A stretch of 34,553 nt of DNA from Nemertoderma westbladi (Eukaryota; Animalia; Xenacoelomorpha). The translations under genes were made by a program, and so were the position numbers. Shown piece after piece: positions 22,669 to 34,553 of the stretch; the stretch's first letter is position 1, and each line of letters opens with the position of its first letter. Below the pieces are notes generated by a model. That model saw only the letters and a list, made by a program, of their open reading frames with translations. It was not told the DNA's origin and made no database searches. The stretch lies in assembly GCA_032718475.1 (NCBI GenBank), contig JAUCBJ010003581.1:1-34553 (forward strand), read 5' to 3'.

Positions 22669-23829
22669 ATGGACGTGTCTCCGACAAGTACCGATACAGT
22701 GCGAGAAGAGAGATTGAAAAACCTCCAGCACTTCCCAGACGGACAACGGTTTGTATACTCGAGTAACGAGGGAGCATATATCTGTAACTCAGCGACACTC
22801 GGGATAATCTATAGACTTAAAGACGACGACAGACGGGGAATAAACCGTTGCGCGGTATCTCCCGACAGTAGGAGGGTCGCTGGGACGGTCCATAGTCGGG
22901 ATGGCGGGGGAGTCAACGTCTGGGACGTTGAGAGCAACCAACTCATCCTACACATCGCTCACAATAAACTCAGCATCAACTCTACGTCCACGGAAACAAG
23001 GAGGTTCGGAGTACAATTTAGTCCCGTTAACTGTAACCTCATCGGCACTGGATGCTTCGACCGCACTATATCCGTCGTTACGTTGAGTGGTAACACTTTC
23101 ACCTATTTAACCTGGACCGCCCATAGTAACTCTGTAACCGATGTTACATTTAATATCGAAGGGACCGAACTAGTCAGCTGTTCCTTCGATGGAACAGTAA
23201 AACGGTGGAATATTACCACAGGGGAACTTATAGATGTGATTATCGAAAATGAGAAGTCCGTTAAGTCGATTGCATTTAATTCCGATTGTCGTAAACTCAT
23301 GTTAGCGGGTAGCAGTGGCACTACATGTCTTTCAATGTCTGCCGCCCCCGGCACAGTATTATGGAAACGTAACACACATGGGTTGGAGGTTAAATGGGAC
23401 CCACGCTGGGGTTGGGTTGCTGTACGGGGGCGGTACAAGGATGGTTCATCTTATATACGGATATTAAACGGAGCGGGAGGGAGAGAAATACGTGTGTTTG
23501 ATGGCAGACCTGATGATGAAGAAAACTGGTTTTGGTCTATCAACTTCCACCCAGAAGGGAGGTACCTACTGGCTGGCTATTGGAAAGGAACTATTATTAA
23601 AATATCGAACCAGAACGATCTTATGGAACATATTGATGTCAGAGAAGTTAATGAGATAATCAAGGGAGCCAAAACATGGGAAGAAATACGGAAAGTTGTT
23701 GGAATGGTGGGACCATTAAGTGAAGAAATACAAGCCTTAATTCACTTAAGGGTATTATTGATGACACGGAAGGCACCATACTCACACCGTAGGGACACTA
23801 GGACTAGATTAATTTACCATAAAACATAA
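22669..23829 (+). CDS. Intronless WD40-repeat (beta-propeller) protein, 386 aa, nested antisense in an anoctamin intron
   Basis: Uninterrupted ORF with aaccATGG start context. WD-like blades: INRCAVSPDSRRVAG..VNVWD, VQFSPVNCNLIGTGCFDRTI, AHSNSVTDVTFNIEGTELVSCSFDGTVKRWN, VKSIAFNSD, WSINFHPEGRYLLAG. ATTAAA motifs follow at about 23904 and 23923. Confidence 0.88.
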   Translation: MDVSPTSTDTVREERLKNLQHFPDGQRFVYSSNEGAYICNSATLGIIYRLKDDDRRGINRCAVSPDSRRVAGTVHSRDGGGVNVWDVESNQLILHIAHNKLSINSTSTETRRFGVQFSPVNCNLIGTGCFDRTISVVTLSGNTFTYLTWTAHSNSVTDVTFNIEGTELVSCSFDGTVKRWNITTGELIDVIIENEKSVKSIAFNSDCRKLMLAGSSGTTCLSMSAAPGTVLWKRNTHGLEVKWDPRWGWVAVRGRYKDGSSYIRILNGAGGREIRVFDGRPDDEENWFWSINFHPEGRYLLAGYWKGTIIKISNQNDLMEHIDVREVNEIIKGAKTWEEIRKVVGMVGPLSEEIQALIHLRVLLMTRKAPYSHRRDTRTRLIYHKT

Positions 23830-24169
23830 GAACTGGTAATCTGGTAAGGAAAACTGTTGATTATTTGCTAAGTATGTTTATTATATTGTTTTACGGTGAG
23901 GCTATTAAAAGGAGTTAGTGCTATTAAATTATTTAGTTAAATACTTGAAGTATAATATACTTCATATAATATACATATATTATATTATAATATATGTATT
24001 CAATGCATGTATTCATTCACATTGCCTTTTTCTAGTACACAAGTAGAATATCTGCATTTATTTTGATTTGGCTATAATTATAAGATACAATAATTTATTT
24101 GTGTTAAATTGCTAATATTTATACAATATATCCAAAATATTATCAATTAAACGTATCCCACGATTAATT

Positions 24170-24445
24170 CCGGTTTTATTTCAACACCTTCTGGCCGACG
24201 TTTCTCAGTTCTGAATTTGGTACGAAATTACCAAGTCACCGTAATTTATTTTATAGATGAGAGTGAATTCGACAGGACTATATATACAAACAAAATCAGT
24301 TTTAATACGCCCTTTAATTACTTTACTAATTATACTAATAAAGGTGACCTTTAATAAGTGATGAACTGTGAAATGATAAGAATGAGATGGGGGATGGTTA
24401 CCCGTGTCCATGTGAAGGATAGTAGGTTAGAATAGCAGATTAGAT
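24170..24445 (-). mobile_element. Possible degenerate Penelope-like element 3' end
   Basis: With one frameshift the minus strand reads SAILTYYPS/MDTG, resembling the GIY-YIG C-terminal I....PSLN.D.G pattern. About 200 nt further on are GAAACGTCGG and AATAAA. Confidence 0.25.
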
Positions 24446-24449
24446 GCAG

Positions 24450-27400
24450 ACAATGTATATCAATGTATGTACATACATGGTCGTTAATATATTACAATGC
24501 ATATCAATGTATGTACATACATGGTCGTTAATATATTACAATGCATATAAATGTATGTACATACATGGTCGTTAATATATTACAATGCATATCAATGTAT
24601 GTACATACATGGTCGTTAATATATTACAATGCATATAAATGTATGTACATACATGGTCGTTAATATATTACAATGTATATAAATGTATGTACATACATGG
24701 TCGTTAATATATTACAATGTATATAAATGTATGTACTATACATGGTCGTTAATATATTACAATGTATATAAATGTATGTACATACATGGTCGTTAATATA
24801 TTACAATGCATATCAATGTATGTACATACATGGTCGTTAATATATTACAATGCATATAAATGTATGTACATACATGGTCGTTAATATATTACAATGTATA
24901 TAAATGTATGTACATACATGGTCGTTAATATATTACAATGCATGTAATGTATGTACATACATGGTCGTTAATATATTACAATGCATATCAATGTATGTAC
25001 ATACATGGTCGTTAATATATTACAATGCATATAAATGTATGTACATACATGGTCGTTAATATATTACAATGTATATAAATGTATGTACATACATGGTCGT
25101 TAATATATTACAATGCATGTAATGTATGTACATACATGGTCGTTAATATATTACAATGCATATAAATGTATGTACATACATGGTCGTTAATATATTACAA
25201 TGCATATAAATGTATGTACATACATGGTCGTTAATATATTACAATGCATATAATGTATGTACATACATGGTCGTTAATATATTACAATGCATATAAATGT
25301 ATGTACATACATGGTCGTTAATATATTACAATGCATATAATGTATGTACATACATGGTCGTTAATATATTACAATGCATATCAATGTATGTACATACATG
25401 GTCGTTAATATATTACAATGCATATCAATGTATGTACATACATGGTCGTTAATATATTACAATGTATATAAATGTATGTACATACATGGTCGTTAATATA
25501 TTACAATGCATATCAATGTATGTACATACATGGTCGTTAATATATTACAATGCATATCAATGTATGTACATACATGGTCGTTAATATATTACAATGTATA
25601 TAAATGTATGTACATACATGGTCGTTAATATATTACAATGCATATCAATGTATGTACATACATGGTCGTTAATATATTACAATGCATATAATGTATGTAC
25701 ATACATGGTCGTTAATATATTACAATGTATATCAATGTATGTACATACATGGTCGTTAATATATTACAATGCATATCAATGTATGTACATACATGGTCGT
25801 TAATATATTACAATGTATATAAATGTATGTACATACATGGTCGTTAATATATTACAATGCATATAAATGTATGTACATACATGGTCGTTAATATATTACA
25901 ATGTATATAAATGTATGTACATACATGGTCGTTAATATATTACAATGCATATAAATGTATGTACATACATGGTCGTTAATATATTACAATGTATATAAAT
26001 GTATGTACATACATGGTCGTTAATATATTACAATGCATATAAATGTATGTACATACATGGTCGTTAATATATTACAATGCATATCAATGTATGTACATAC
26101 ATGGTCGTTAATATATTACAATGCATATAAATGTATGTACATACATGGTCGTTAATATATTACAATGCATATAAATGTATGTACATACATGGTCGTTAAT
26201 ATATTACAATGCATATAAATGTATGTACATACATGGTCGTTAATATATTACAATGTATATAAATGTATGTACATACATGGTCGTTAATATATTACAATGC
26301 ATATAAATGTATGTACATACATGGTCGTTAATATATTACAATGCATATAAATGTATGTACATACATGGTCGTTAATATATTACAATGTATATAAATGTAT
26401 GTACATACATGGTCGTTAATATATTACAATGCATATAAATGTATGTACATACATGGTCGTTAATATATTACAATGTATATAAATGTATGTACATACATGG
26501 TCGTTAATATATTACAATGCATATAAATGTATGTACATACATGGTCGTTAATATATTACAATGCATATAAATGTATGTACATACATGGTCGTTAATATAT
26601 TACAATGCATATAAATGTATGTACATACATGGTCGTTAATATATTACAATGTATATAAATGTATGTACATACATGGTCGTTAATATATTACAATGCATAT
26701 AAATGTATGTACATACATGGTCGTTAATATATTACAATGTATATAAATGTATGTACATACATGGTCGTTAATATATTACAATGCATATAAATGTATGTAC
26801 ATACATGGTCGTTAATATATTACAATGTATATAAATGTATGTACATACATGGTCGTTAATATATTACAATGCATATCAATGTATGTACATACATGGTCGT
26901 TAATATATTACAATGCATATCAATGTATGTACATACATGGTCGTTAATATATTACAATGCATATCAATGTATGTACATACATGGTCGTTAATATATTACA
27001 ATGCATATAAATGTATGTACATACATGGTCGTTAATATATTACAATGTATATAAATGTATGTACATACATGGTCGTTAATATATTACAATGTATATAAAT
27101 GTATGTACATACATGGTCGTTAATATATTACAATGCATATCAATGTATGTACATACATGGTCGTTAATATATTACAATGCATATCAATGTATGTACATAC
27201 ATGGTCGTTAATATATTACAATGCATATCAATGTATGTACATACATGGTCGTTAATATATTACAATGTATATAAATGTATGTACATACATGGTCGTTAAT
27301 ATATTACAATGCATATCAATGTATGTACATACATGGTCGTTAATATATTACAATGTATATAAATGTATGTACATACATGGTCGTTAATATATTACAATGC

Positions 27401-28780
27401 ATATAAATGTATGTACATACATGGTCGTTAATATATTACAATGCATATAAATGTATGTACATACATGGTCGTTAATATATTACAATGCATATAAATGTAT
27501 GTACATACATGGTCGTTAATATATTACAATGTATATAAATGTATGTACATACATGGTCGTTAATATATTACAATGCATATAAATGTATGTACATACATGG
27601 TCGTTAATATATTACAATGCATATCAATGTATGTACATACATGGTCGTTAATATATTACAATGTATATAAATGTATGTACATACATGGTCGTTAATATAT
27701 TACAATGCATATCAATGGTCGTTAATATATTACAATGCATATAAATGTATGTACATACATGGTCGTTAATATATTACAATGCATATCAATGTATGTACAT
27801 ACATGGTCGTTAATATATTACAATGTATATCAATGTATGTACATACATGGTCGTTAATATATTACAATGCATATCAATGTATGTACATACATGGTCGTTA
27901 ATATATTACAATGCATATAAATGTATGTACATACATGGTCGTTAATATATTACAATGTATATAAATGTATGTACATACATGGTCGTTAATATATTACAAT
28001 GTATATAAATGTATGTACATACATGGTCGTTAATATATTACAATGCATATCAATGTATGTACATACATGGTCGTTAATATATTACAATGCATATCAATGT
28101 ATGTACATACATGGTCGTTAATATATTACAATGCATATCAATGTATGTACATACATGGTCGTTAATATATTACAATGCATATCAATGTATGTACATACAT
28201 GGTCGTTAATATATTACAATGCATATCAATGTATGTACATACATGGTCGTTAATATATTACAATGCATATCAATGTATGTACATACATGGTCGTTAATAT
28301 ATTACAATGCATATAAATGTATGTACATACATGGTCGTTAATATATTACAATGCATATAAATGTATGTACATACATGGTCGTTAATATATTACAATGCAT
28401 ATCAATGTATGTACATACATGGTCGTTAATATATTACAATGCATATCAATGTATGTACATACATGGTCGTTAATATATTACAATGCATATCAATGTATGT
28501 ACATACATGGTCGTTAATATATTACAATGCATATCAATGTATGTACATACATGGTCGTTAATATATTACAATGCATATCAATGTATGTACATACATGGTC
28601 GTTAATATATTACAATGCATATAAATGTATGTACATACATGGTCGTTAATATATTACAATGCATATAAATGTATGTACATACATGGTCGTTAATATATTA
28701 CAATGCATATCAATGTATGTACATACATGGTCGTTAATATATTACAATGCATATCAATGTATGTACATACATGGTCGTTA
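24450..28780. repeat. 44-bp AT-rich palindromic satellite, about 98 units
   Basis: Unit ATGTATGTACATACATGGTCGTTAATATATTACAATG(C/T)ATAT(C/A)A. Confidence 0.99.
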
Positions 28781-29967
28781 TTATATCATTAATACATGAC
28801 ATGGTCAGTCAGGAATATTATTTTTATTTGATATTTCTTGAATTCGGAGCTTTGTTGAAGACCTCCGAATACGAAAGGGCAAGAAGGCATGGTATGTATT
28901 AAACTCTACAAAACAACTATCAAGGTTATTGAAATCACATGGAATCAAGATAAAAAACGATGTAATGTTTAGTTAAAAAAAAAATGTATATCAATAGCTC
29001 GTAAAAAATTATTAAAATCAAACAACAGTAAAATCATAATGCATAAACAATGTTAACAATATACGCACAGTAGGCTATGCTAATTTGAAGAGGAACATAA
29101 TAGTGTTCTTAAAGTAAAAAAAAGTCCTATTTTACGCTGTAAATGAGATGCATGTGATACACAATTATCGTATCGTAAAGATACATAAAAAACAAATTGT
29201 CACAAAGAAAACCTAGAGGGTGTTAAAACAGTGGTGTTAAAACAGTGCACCTAGAACATGCATTTACACAGCATGTAAAGGATAACAACGGAACACAATA
29301 ATAATTACAAACGAAAAGGCCATCACAATTCACAAGTTAGTTCAAGACCGTGGCAAATCATAAAGCGCGAAATTTGGCCAACCTGATTGAGCCTCGTCAT
29401 ATCTCGAATATAAAATCCGATGTAAAACAATGCGATAAAGTTATTGACAACGTGAAACTAAAATAAAATAAAGATAAAGTTACCGGGTCCGGGTCCGTCA
29501 CCAAAATAAGATATTTATAAAACTTTGTAGTCACATTGGTTTTAGGGAAATGACATAGATTAATGATTACAACATCTACATGACAGTTTATACTGGTTCT
29601 ACCACAATAACGAGTTGTATATAATAGTTAATAAACTTATATGGTAAAGTTTCATCAATTAATTGTAGGAATAACATAATGAAATATTGATGAGAAACTT
29701 AACATGGACTATATTTAAATTCAAAATGTTATAGATAAATAAAATCAAATTATTCTAAAATTTCTACATTACTTAAAACGTTGCATTGACTGGGAGTTCT
29801 TATGTAGCACATAATAACTCTGGCTGACTATCACATTACTACTGCTATAATCGACCTGCTGCACTGCAGCTGCACATTGAGTTGCTGTGCTGGATTAACA
29901 AAAGTATATTTGCCACCGCTATGCAATCCACAATTGGCATGCTCCTAAGCAGCGTGCATTCAGAATG

Positions 29968-30295
29968 TTATGCCGGCTTATCAACAAAGTTGCACCGCCA
30001 CAACTCCCTATCCCCCATAACTTTCACGAGGTTATCCGCATCTTCAAGGCCGGAGTCCTTTAAGATGCGTCTCAAAAAAAGTCAAGGGCTGTCCACCACG
30101 CCTATTTTGTCCATGGGGCTGTCAAAGCACAAGATTGTGCACAGGCAGTTCCTCACGGCGAAAGCAATGTCCTGCTAAGCGGAGGCGACTCTGTTCTAGT
30201 GTCAAGCTTGGGGGAACCAATGAGACACCTCCAATGTTATATAGTGTCTGACTGGAAATTTGAGGGTTGTACTTGATACAGTGAACCCGACGTAT
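29968..30295 (-). mobile_element. RTE-like LINE ORF C-terminal remnant with a premature stop
   Basis: IRRVHCIKY...RLRLAGHCFRREELPVHNLVL*QPHGQNRRGGQPLTFLRRILKDSG...MGDRELWR; the RLR.aGHc.R and DR..WR motifs are typical of RTE-group C-termini. Confidence 0.85.
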
Positions 30296-31105
30296 CACAT
30301 TACAGATTAGAACATTACACAATCAGTAAAGAAGTAATGATACTTTACTCTCCTAACCACAACTTTACAATGAAACTGAGACTGAAACTTGAAGTCTTCG
30401 TCGTAACTCGTAATACAGCAAATATTACGATAATGCTGATATATTAAATGCGAAACGTCAGGTAGCCAAATGACATAATACCCACCGGCTTCCGGTTCCT
30501 CTAAGTTTATGTGCTGTTATAGAATTTACGTCACAAACACGAGAACAGAGACGGTTGAAGTCATTAAAGCAAAACTGGAGGTATCTGACAGCGGGGGCTA
30601 GACCGGTAGCATTACAAGCGACATTAAAGTGGTAGGAGCAGAGCTGTATGTATGGACATTAAAGGTAAAATTCTTGTAAAAATATTATATTTAATGTTCT
30701 ACTTTAATGCTCCATCAATTAATTCCTATAATAAAATATAAGGAATGACATCATATTATGTAGTTTTTTAATCAGCTGTCCTTTAGTAATGTTACAATTT
30801 TGGAATAAAACTACAAACGTACTTGTTGCAAAGTACTTTACATAGTTCTGAACCTCGGATTTGTACTTTCCCACAACTTACGTTGATACTAGCTAGCGCA
30901 GCTGTATACAGCCCCTTTACCTTTTACGCACAAGTAGGCAAATAGTTTATTATTTGTATTATTCGAAAACAACAAGGAAAATGCTGTGTAACTATTATAG
31001 CAAACACCACACTAATAATTATATTAATATAAAATAGGCGAAATGTATTAATCAAATGTACATTTATGACAGAGAATGATATTTTAGTAAATGAAATAAA
31101 CTTAC

Positions 31106-31161
31106 CAAAACAAGTTTAATTATGAGACTATTAGCAAATGACACTTCCAGTCTGTAATTCT
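31106..31161 (-). CDS. ANO8: Anoctamin (ANO8-like) exon
   Basis: aatcag acceptor, gtaag donor; 56 nt, phase 1-0. (E)NYRLEVSFANSLIIKLVL is the conserved anoctamin ENYR...LIIK motif. Confidence 0.92.
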
Positions 31162-31306
31162 CTGATTGCAAGCAGTAATAAAAAACAGCATAATTATTTA
31201 ATTAGTTCAAAACAATAAATAATCACACAGAGTTATACATTCAATAAACGAACAATGAAGTAAAATAAAGATTAAACAATTAATTAAATGTAAAAATAAG
31301 TATGAT

Positions 31307-32425
31307 ACAAACACGTAACCAACACAAACACGTAACCAACACAAACACGTAACCAACACAAACACGTAACCAACACAAACACGTAACCAACACAAACACG
31401 TAACCAACACAAACACGTAACCAACACAAACACGTAACCAACACAAACACGTAACCAACACAAACACGTAACCAACACAAACACGTAACCAACACAAACA
31501 CGTAACCAACACAAACACGTAACCAACACAAACACGTAACCAACACAAACACGTAACCAACACAAACACGTAACCAACACAAACACGTAACCAACACAAA
31601 CACGTAACCAACACAAACACGTAACCAACACAAACACGTAACCAACACAAACACGTAACCAACACAAACACGTAACCAACACAAACACGTAACCAACACA
31701 AACACGTAACCAACACAAACACGTAACCAACACAAACACGTAACCAACACAAACACGTAACCAACACAAACACGTAACCAACACAAACACGTAACCAACA
31801 CAAACACGTAACCAACACAAACACGTAACCAACACAAACACGTAACCAACACAAACACGTAACCAACACAAACACGTAACCAACACAAACACGTAACCAA
31901 CACAAACACGTAACCAACACAAACACGTAACCAACACAAACACGTAACTCAACACAAACACGTAACCAACACAAACACGTAACCAACACAAACACGTAAC
32001 CAACACAAACACGTAACCAACACAAACACGTAACCAACACAAACACGTAACCAACACAAACACGTAACCAACACAAACACGTAACCAACACAAACACGTA
32101 ACCAACACAAACACGTAACCAACACAAACACGTAACCAACACAAACACGTAACCAACACAAACACGTAACCAACACAAACACGTAACCAACACAAACACG
32201 TAACCAACACAAACACGTAACCAACACAAACACGTAACCAACACAAACACGTAACCAACACAAACACGTAACCAACACAAACACGTAACCAACACAAACA
32301 CGTAACCAACACAAACACGTAATCAACACAAACACGTAACCAACACAAACACGTAACCAACACAAACACGTAACCAACACAAACACGTAACCAACACAAA
32401 CACGTAACCAACACAAACACGTAAC
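31307..32425. repeat. 17-bp minisatellite, about 66 nearly identical units
   Basis: Unit AACACAAACACGTAACC; only two variant units seen (near 31948 and 32323). Confidence 0.99.
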
Positions 32426-32822
32426 AGGCAATTTGAACCCTATTATTAAACGAATTGTCCGGCTACCGATATTTAAAATAATCTTTAATAAAAGATATTA
32501 AATTCATATCATCGTAAAATAATATAATTACACACGTTATTTACTAGACGAAATAGAATTTACAAACCAATAATTCTTTAAGTATGTGCGCCCGTTTAAA
32601 CTCTGTCTCGGTTCTGTGATTCTCTAAATAAAAACATATCAGATTTCACGCTACGAAATTTCTAGTTAAAAAGGAACTCAAATTAGTAAAATTAAATTTA
32701 GAAATATTTTATTACCAAACCCGTTCAACTTAAGAGACAATAAATATTAAATGTTTTGTAAATTTATTAATAAATAATTTGAAATAATGGTAATAAATGT
32801 ATTAGAGGTTAAATAAACTCAC

Positions 32823-32946
32823 CCATATCGTTGAGTAGAAGCGCAATTTTCTTATAAAGATCTCCGAAAACAGAAACTAGAACCGCGAGGAGGATCTTCG
32901 GAAGATATTGTATTACTGTTGAGTAGTTACGGTCGTTGACGAATTC
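32823..32946 (-). CDS. ANO8: Anoctamin (ANO8-like) exon
   Basis: tttgctcag acceptor, gtgag donor; 124 nt, phase 0-1. EFVNDRNYSTVIQYLPKILLAVLVSVFGDLYKKIALLLNDM, compared with ANO8 FLPKVMLA..YKKLAIWLNDM. Confidence 0.92.
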
Positions 32947-33118
32947 CTGAGCAAAGAAACAGAGAGACCAGACTATTAATTAGCGGTATGTAGACTACAA
33001 ACTACCAGTGATAGAGCCAAGGGGGGGGGGGGGGGGGGGGGGTCGCCCCCTAGTGAAAGTGGACGCAAAATACGGGATGGATTACAGAGAATTAAAACAA
33101 TATTATTATAATTACGTG

Positions 33119-33155
33119 GCCCCTTTATTGCCCCCTTTATTGCCCCCTTTATTGC
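33119..33155. repeat. Short 12-bp tandem repeat, 3 copies
   Basis: GCCCC(C)TTTATT x3. Confidence 0.85.
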
Positions 33156-33633
33156 ATATAGTAACAGATAATTAAACGTCAATCCAAAGTTGGAATATTT
33201 AATAAAGTTTCAAATATTTCCGCTCACTTCGCTCGCATTTAGTTTGGTAATCCCGTTACTGATTAGCCCATCATTCTCTATAATGATTGCTGGCTCTGGA
33301 ATATGTCGTTGCCCACGGACGTAAAAACACTTGCACCGCCCATTACAAACCGATAAACCCAAAATAGAGTTTCACTTGCTGAATAACGCGTACAGACTTA
33401 CTCGTAAGGTTCTGGGTTAATGGCGGGTTTAGAAAGTTTATTTAAAAACGTTAAGGGAAATGACCAGGATACTGTGTCGGTGTTTTCTAACCACAACAAT
33501 AAACGAAACTTTATTTCACTTGCGATCAATGTGCGCCACTACCTAAAGATTCCATAAAATAATTATACTTGATTTGTTGTACTAATGCCTCCCACTACAA
33601 CAAATCTGGCTCGTCCCACGTTGCATATCTCAC

Positions 33634-33786
33634 CTGAATCTCAAAACAAAAGAACATGGCGGCGACAACGACCAATAAACAGAAAGCAATGATGGGGGTG
33701 GTAACAAAGAAAATGAAAGTATTGCGCTTCCACGAGGGGTACGCCATCTCCATACGGCCTGTTATTGGGCTGAGTCTCAGATCTCC
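33634..33786 (-). CDS. ANO8: Anoctamin (ANO8/TMEM16H-like), first exon traced in window
   Basis: ttttttgtttccag acceptor, gtgag donor; 153 nt, phase 0-0. Encodes GDLRLSPITGRMEMAYPSWKRNTFIFFVTTPIIAFCLLVVVAAMFFCFEIQ, matching the recalled ANO8 segment RISPIT..EFYYPPWKR plus a transmembrane helix. Confidence 0.9.
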
Positions 33787-34553
33787 CTGGAAACAAAAAA
33801 TAAATTTGCTTAAACCTTATATATATTAGGACCTTTATATTATTATTATATAAATTAGCGTAAACCATATTATATTATAGTTAGAGGTCTGCTGCACCCG
33901 AATATGGATTTACGTTACGAGGTCGATATTGTAAAAAGTCGACGTTTATAAATAACGAATTTGCGAATTTAGATAATTCTTGAAAAACCCTACCCTCTGC
34001 TTTCAAAACCTGACAAAAACTACATTAACCGCCGGTAGAAAGCAAATTTCTCAAAATGATCAAATAAAAATTCAAAGATTTCAATTGATTCGAAAATCTC
34101 AAACAGTCAGTTAGGAAACAATCAATAAATAATATTAGGAATATTGGAGTAGAAACATGGGACGTCTAAATCAGTTCACTCGGTTGCCACAACTACTGGC
34201 ATCGTTTCTACTGAGTACCACAAACTGCGTTGAATCTTTGCCCCTTACGCCTGTAATGTAGGCAGTGCGATAGTTTATGGGGTAGGGAGCGAATGATAAA
34301 CTACGATGCACATCTGTTACACCTTCAATCAATACGACATATTAGCGAAAGCGAACGCTTGAAAATACCCTAATAACCACCAGATAATACTTTGTGCCAG
34401 ATTAATTATTATAGATAGTATGCTATATAGTGGAAGTGGAATGTTTAATTTAATTATGTCGATCCCTTTAAATTATTATAATATATTTTATTGACTTTTG
34501 GTACATATTTAAAGTTTTATAATATTGTGAGAGAGGCGGAAATCAAGAGACCC

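Noticed and set aside
28842-28870. 8-bp hairpin ATTCGGAG/CTCCGAAT after the 44-bp array, as a Helitron 3' end
   Set aside because: No CTRR terminus at the expected distance, and the stem is too short to exclude chance.
30425-30465. Hammerhead-like CTGATAT...CGAAACGTC
   Set aside because: The core lacks CUGANGA and I could not build the stems.
31307-32425. Telomeric repeat (contains GGTTAC)
   Set aside because: The array is interstitial and intronic, and it differs from known animal telomere units such as TTAGGG or TTAGG.
31207-32431. Long Cys/Val-rich ORFs (160-378 aa) on the minus strand
   Set aside because: All three frames are open only because the 17-bp unit lacks stops on that strand; the region is intronic.
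33641-33868. 75-aa ORF from the track
   Set aside because: It is the wrong frame over the anoctamin exon 33634-33786.

Overview
AT-rich eukaryotic (most likely invertebrate metazoan) genomic DNA, not prokaryotic. The window lies inside a minus-strand, multi-exon anoctamin gene most similar to ANO8/TMEM16H. I traced seven consecutive GT-AG exons with compatible phases (843 nt, 281 aa); both ends of the gene lie outside the window. More than half of the window is four unrelated tandem arrays (43, 58, 44 and 17 bp units), each in a different intron. An intact, intronless 386-aa WD40 gene sits antisense in the 9-kb intron. The 17-kb intron also holds a P-element/THAP9-type transposase remnant, a LINE reverse-transcriptase fragment, two tRNA-derived SINE copies and a 509-bp foldback. 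Most short ORFs in the supplied track are repeat artefacts. The best leads are the nested WD40 gene with an acceptor just before its ATG, an 11-mer amphipathic repeat in the anoctamin loop, and the internally duplicated 11-kb CpG-rich satellite. All family assignments come from motif recognition; no searches were run.
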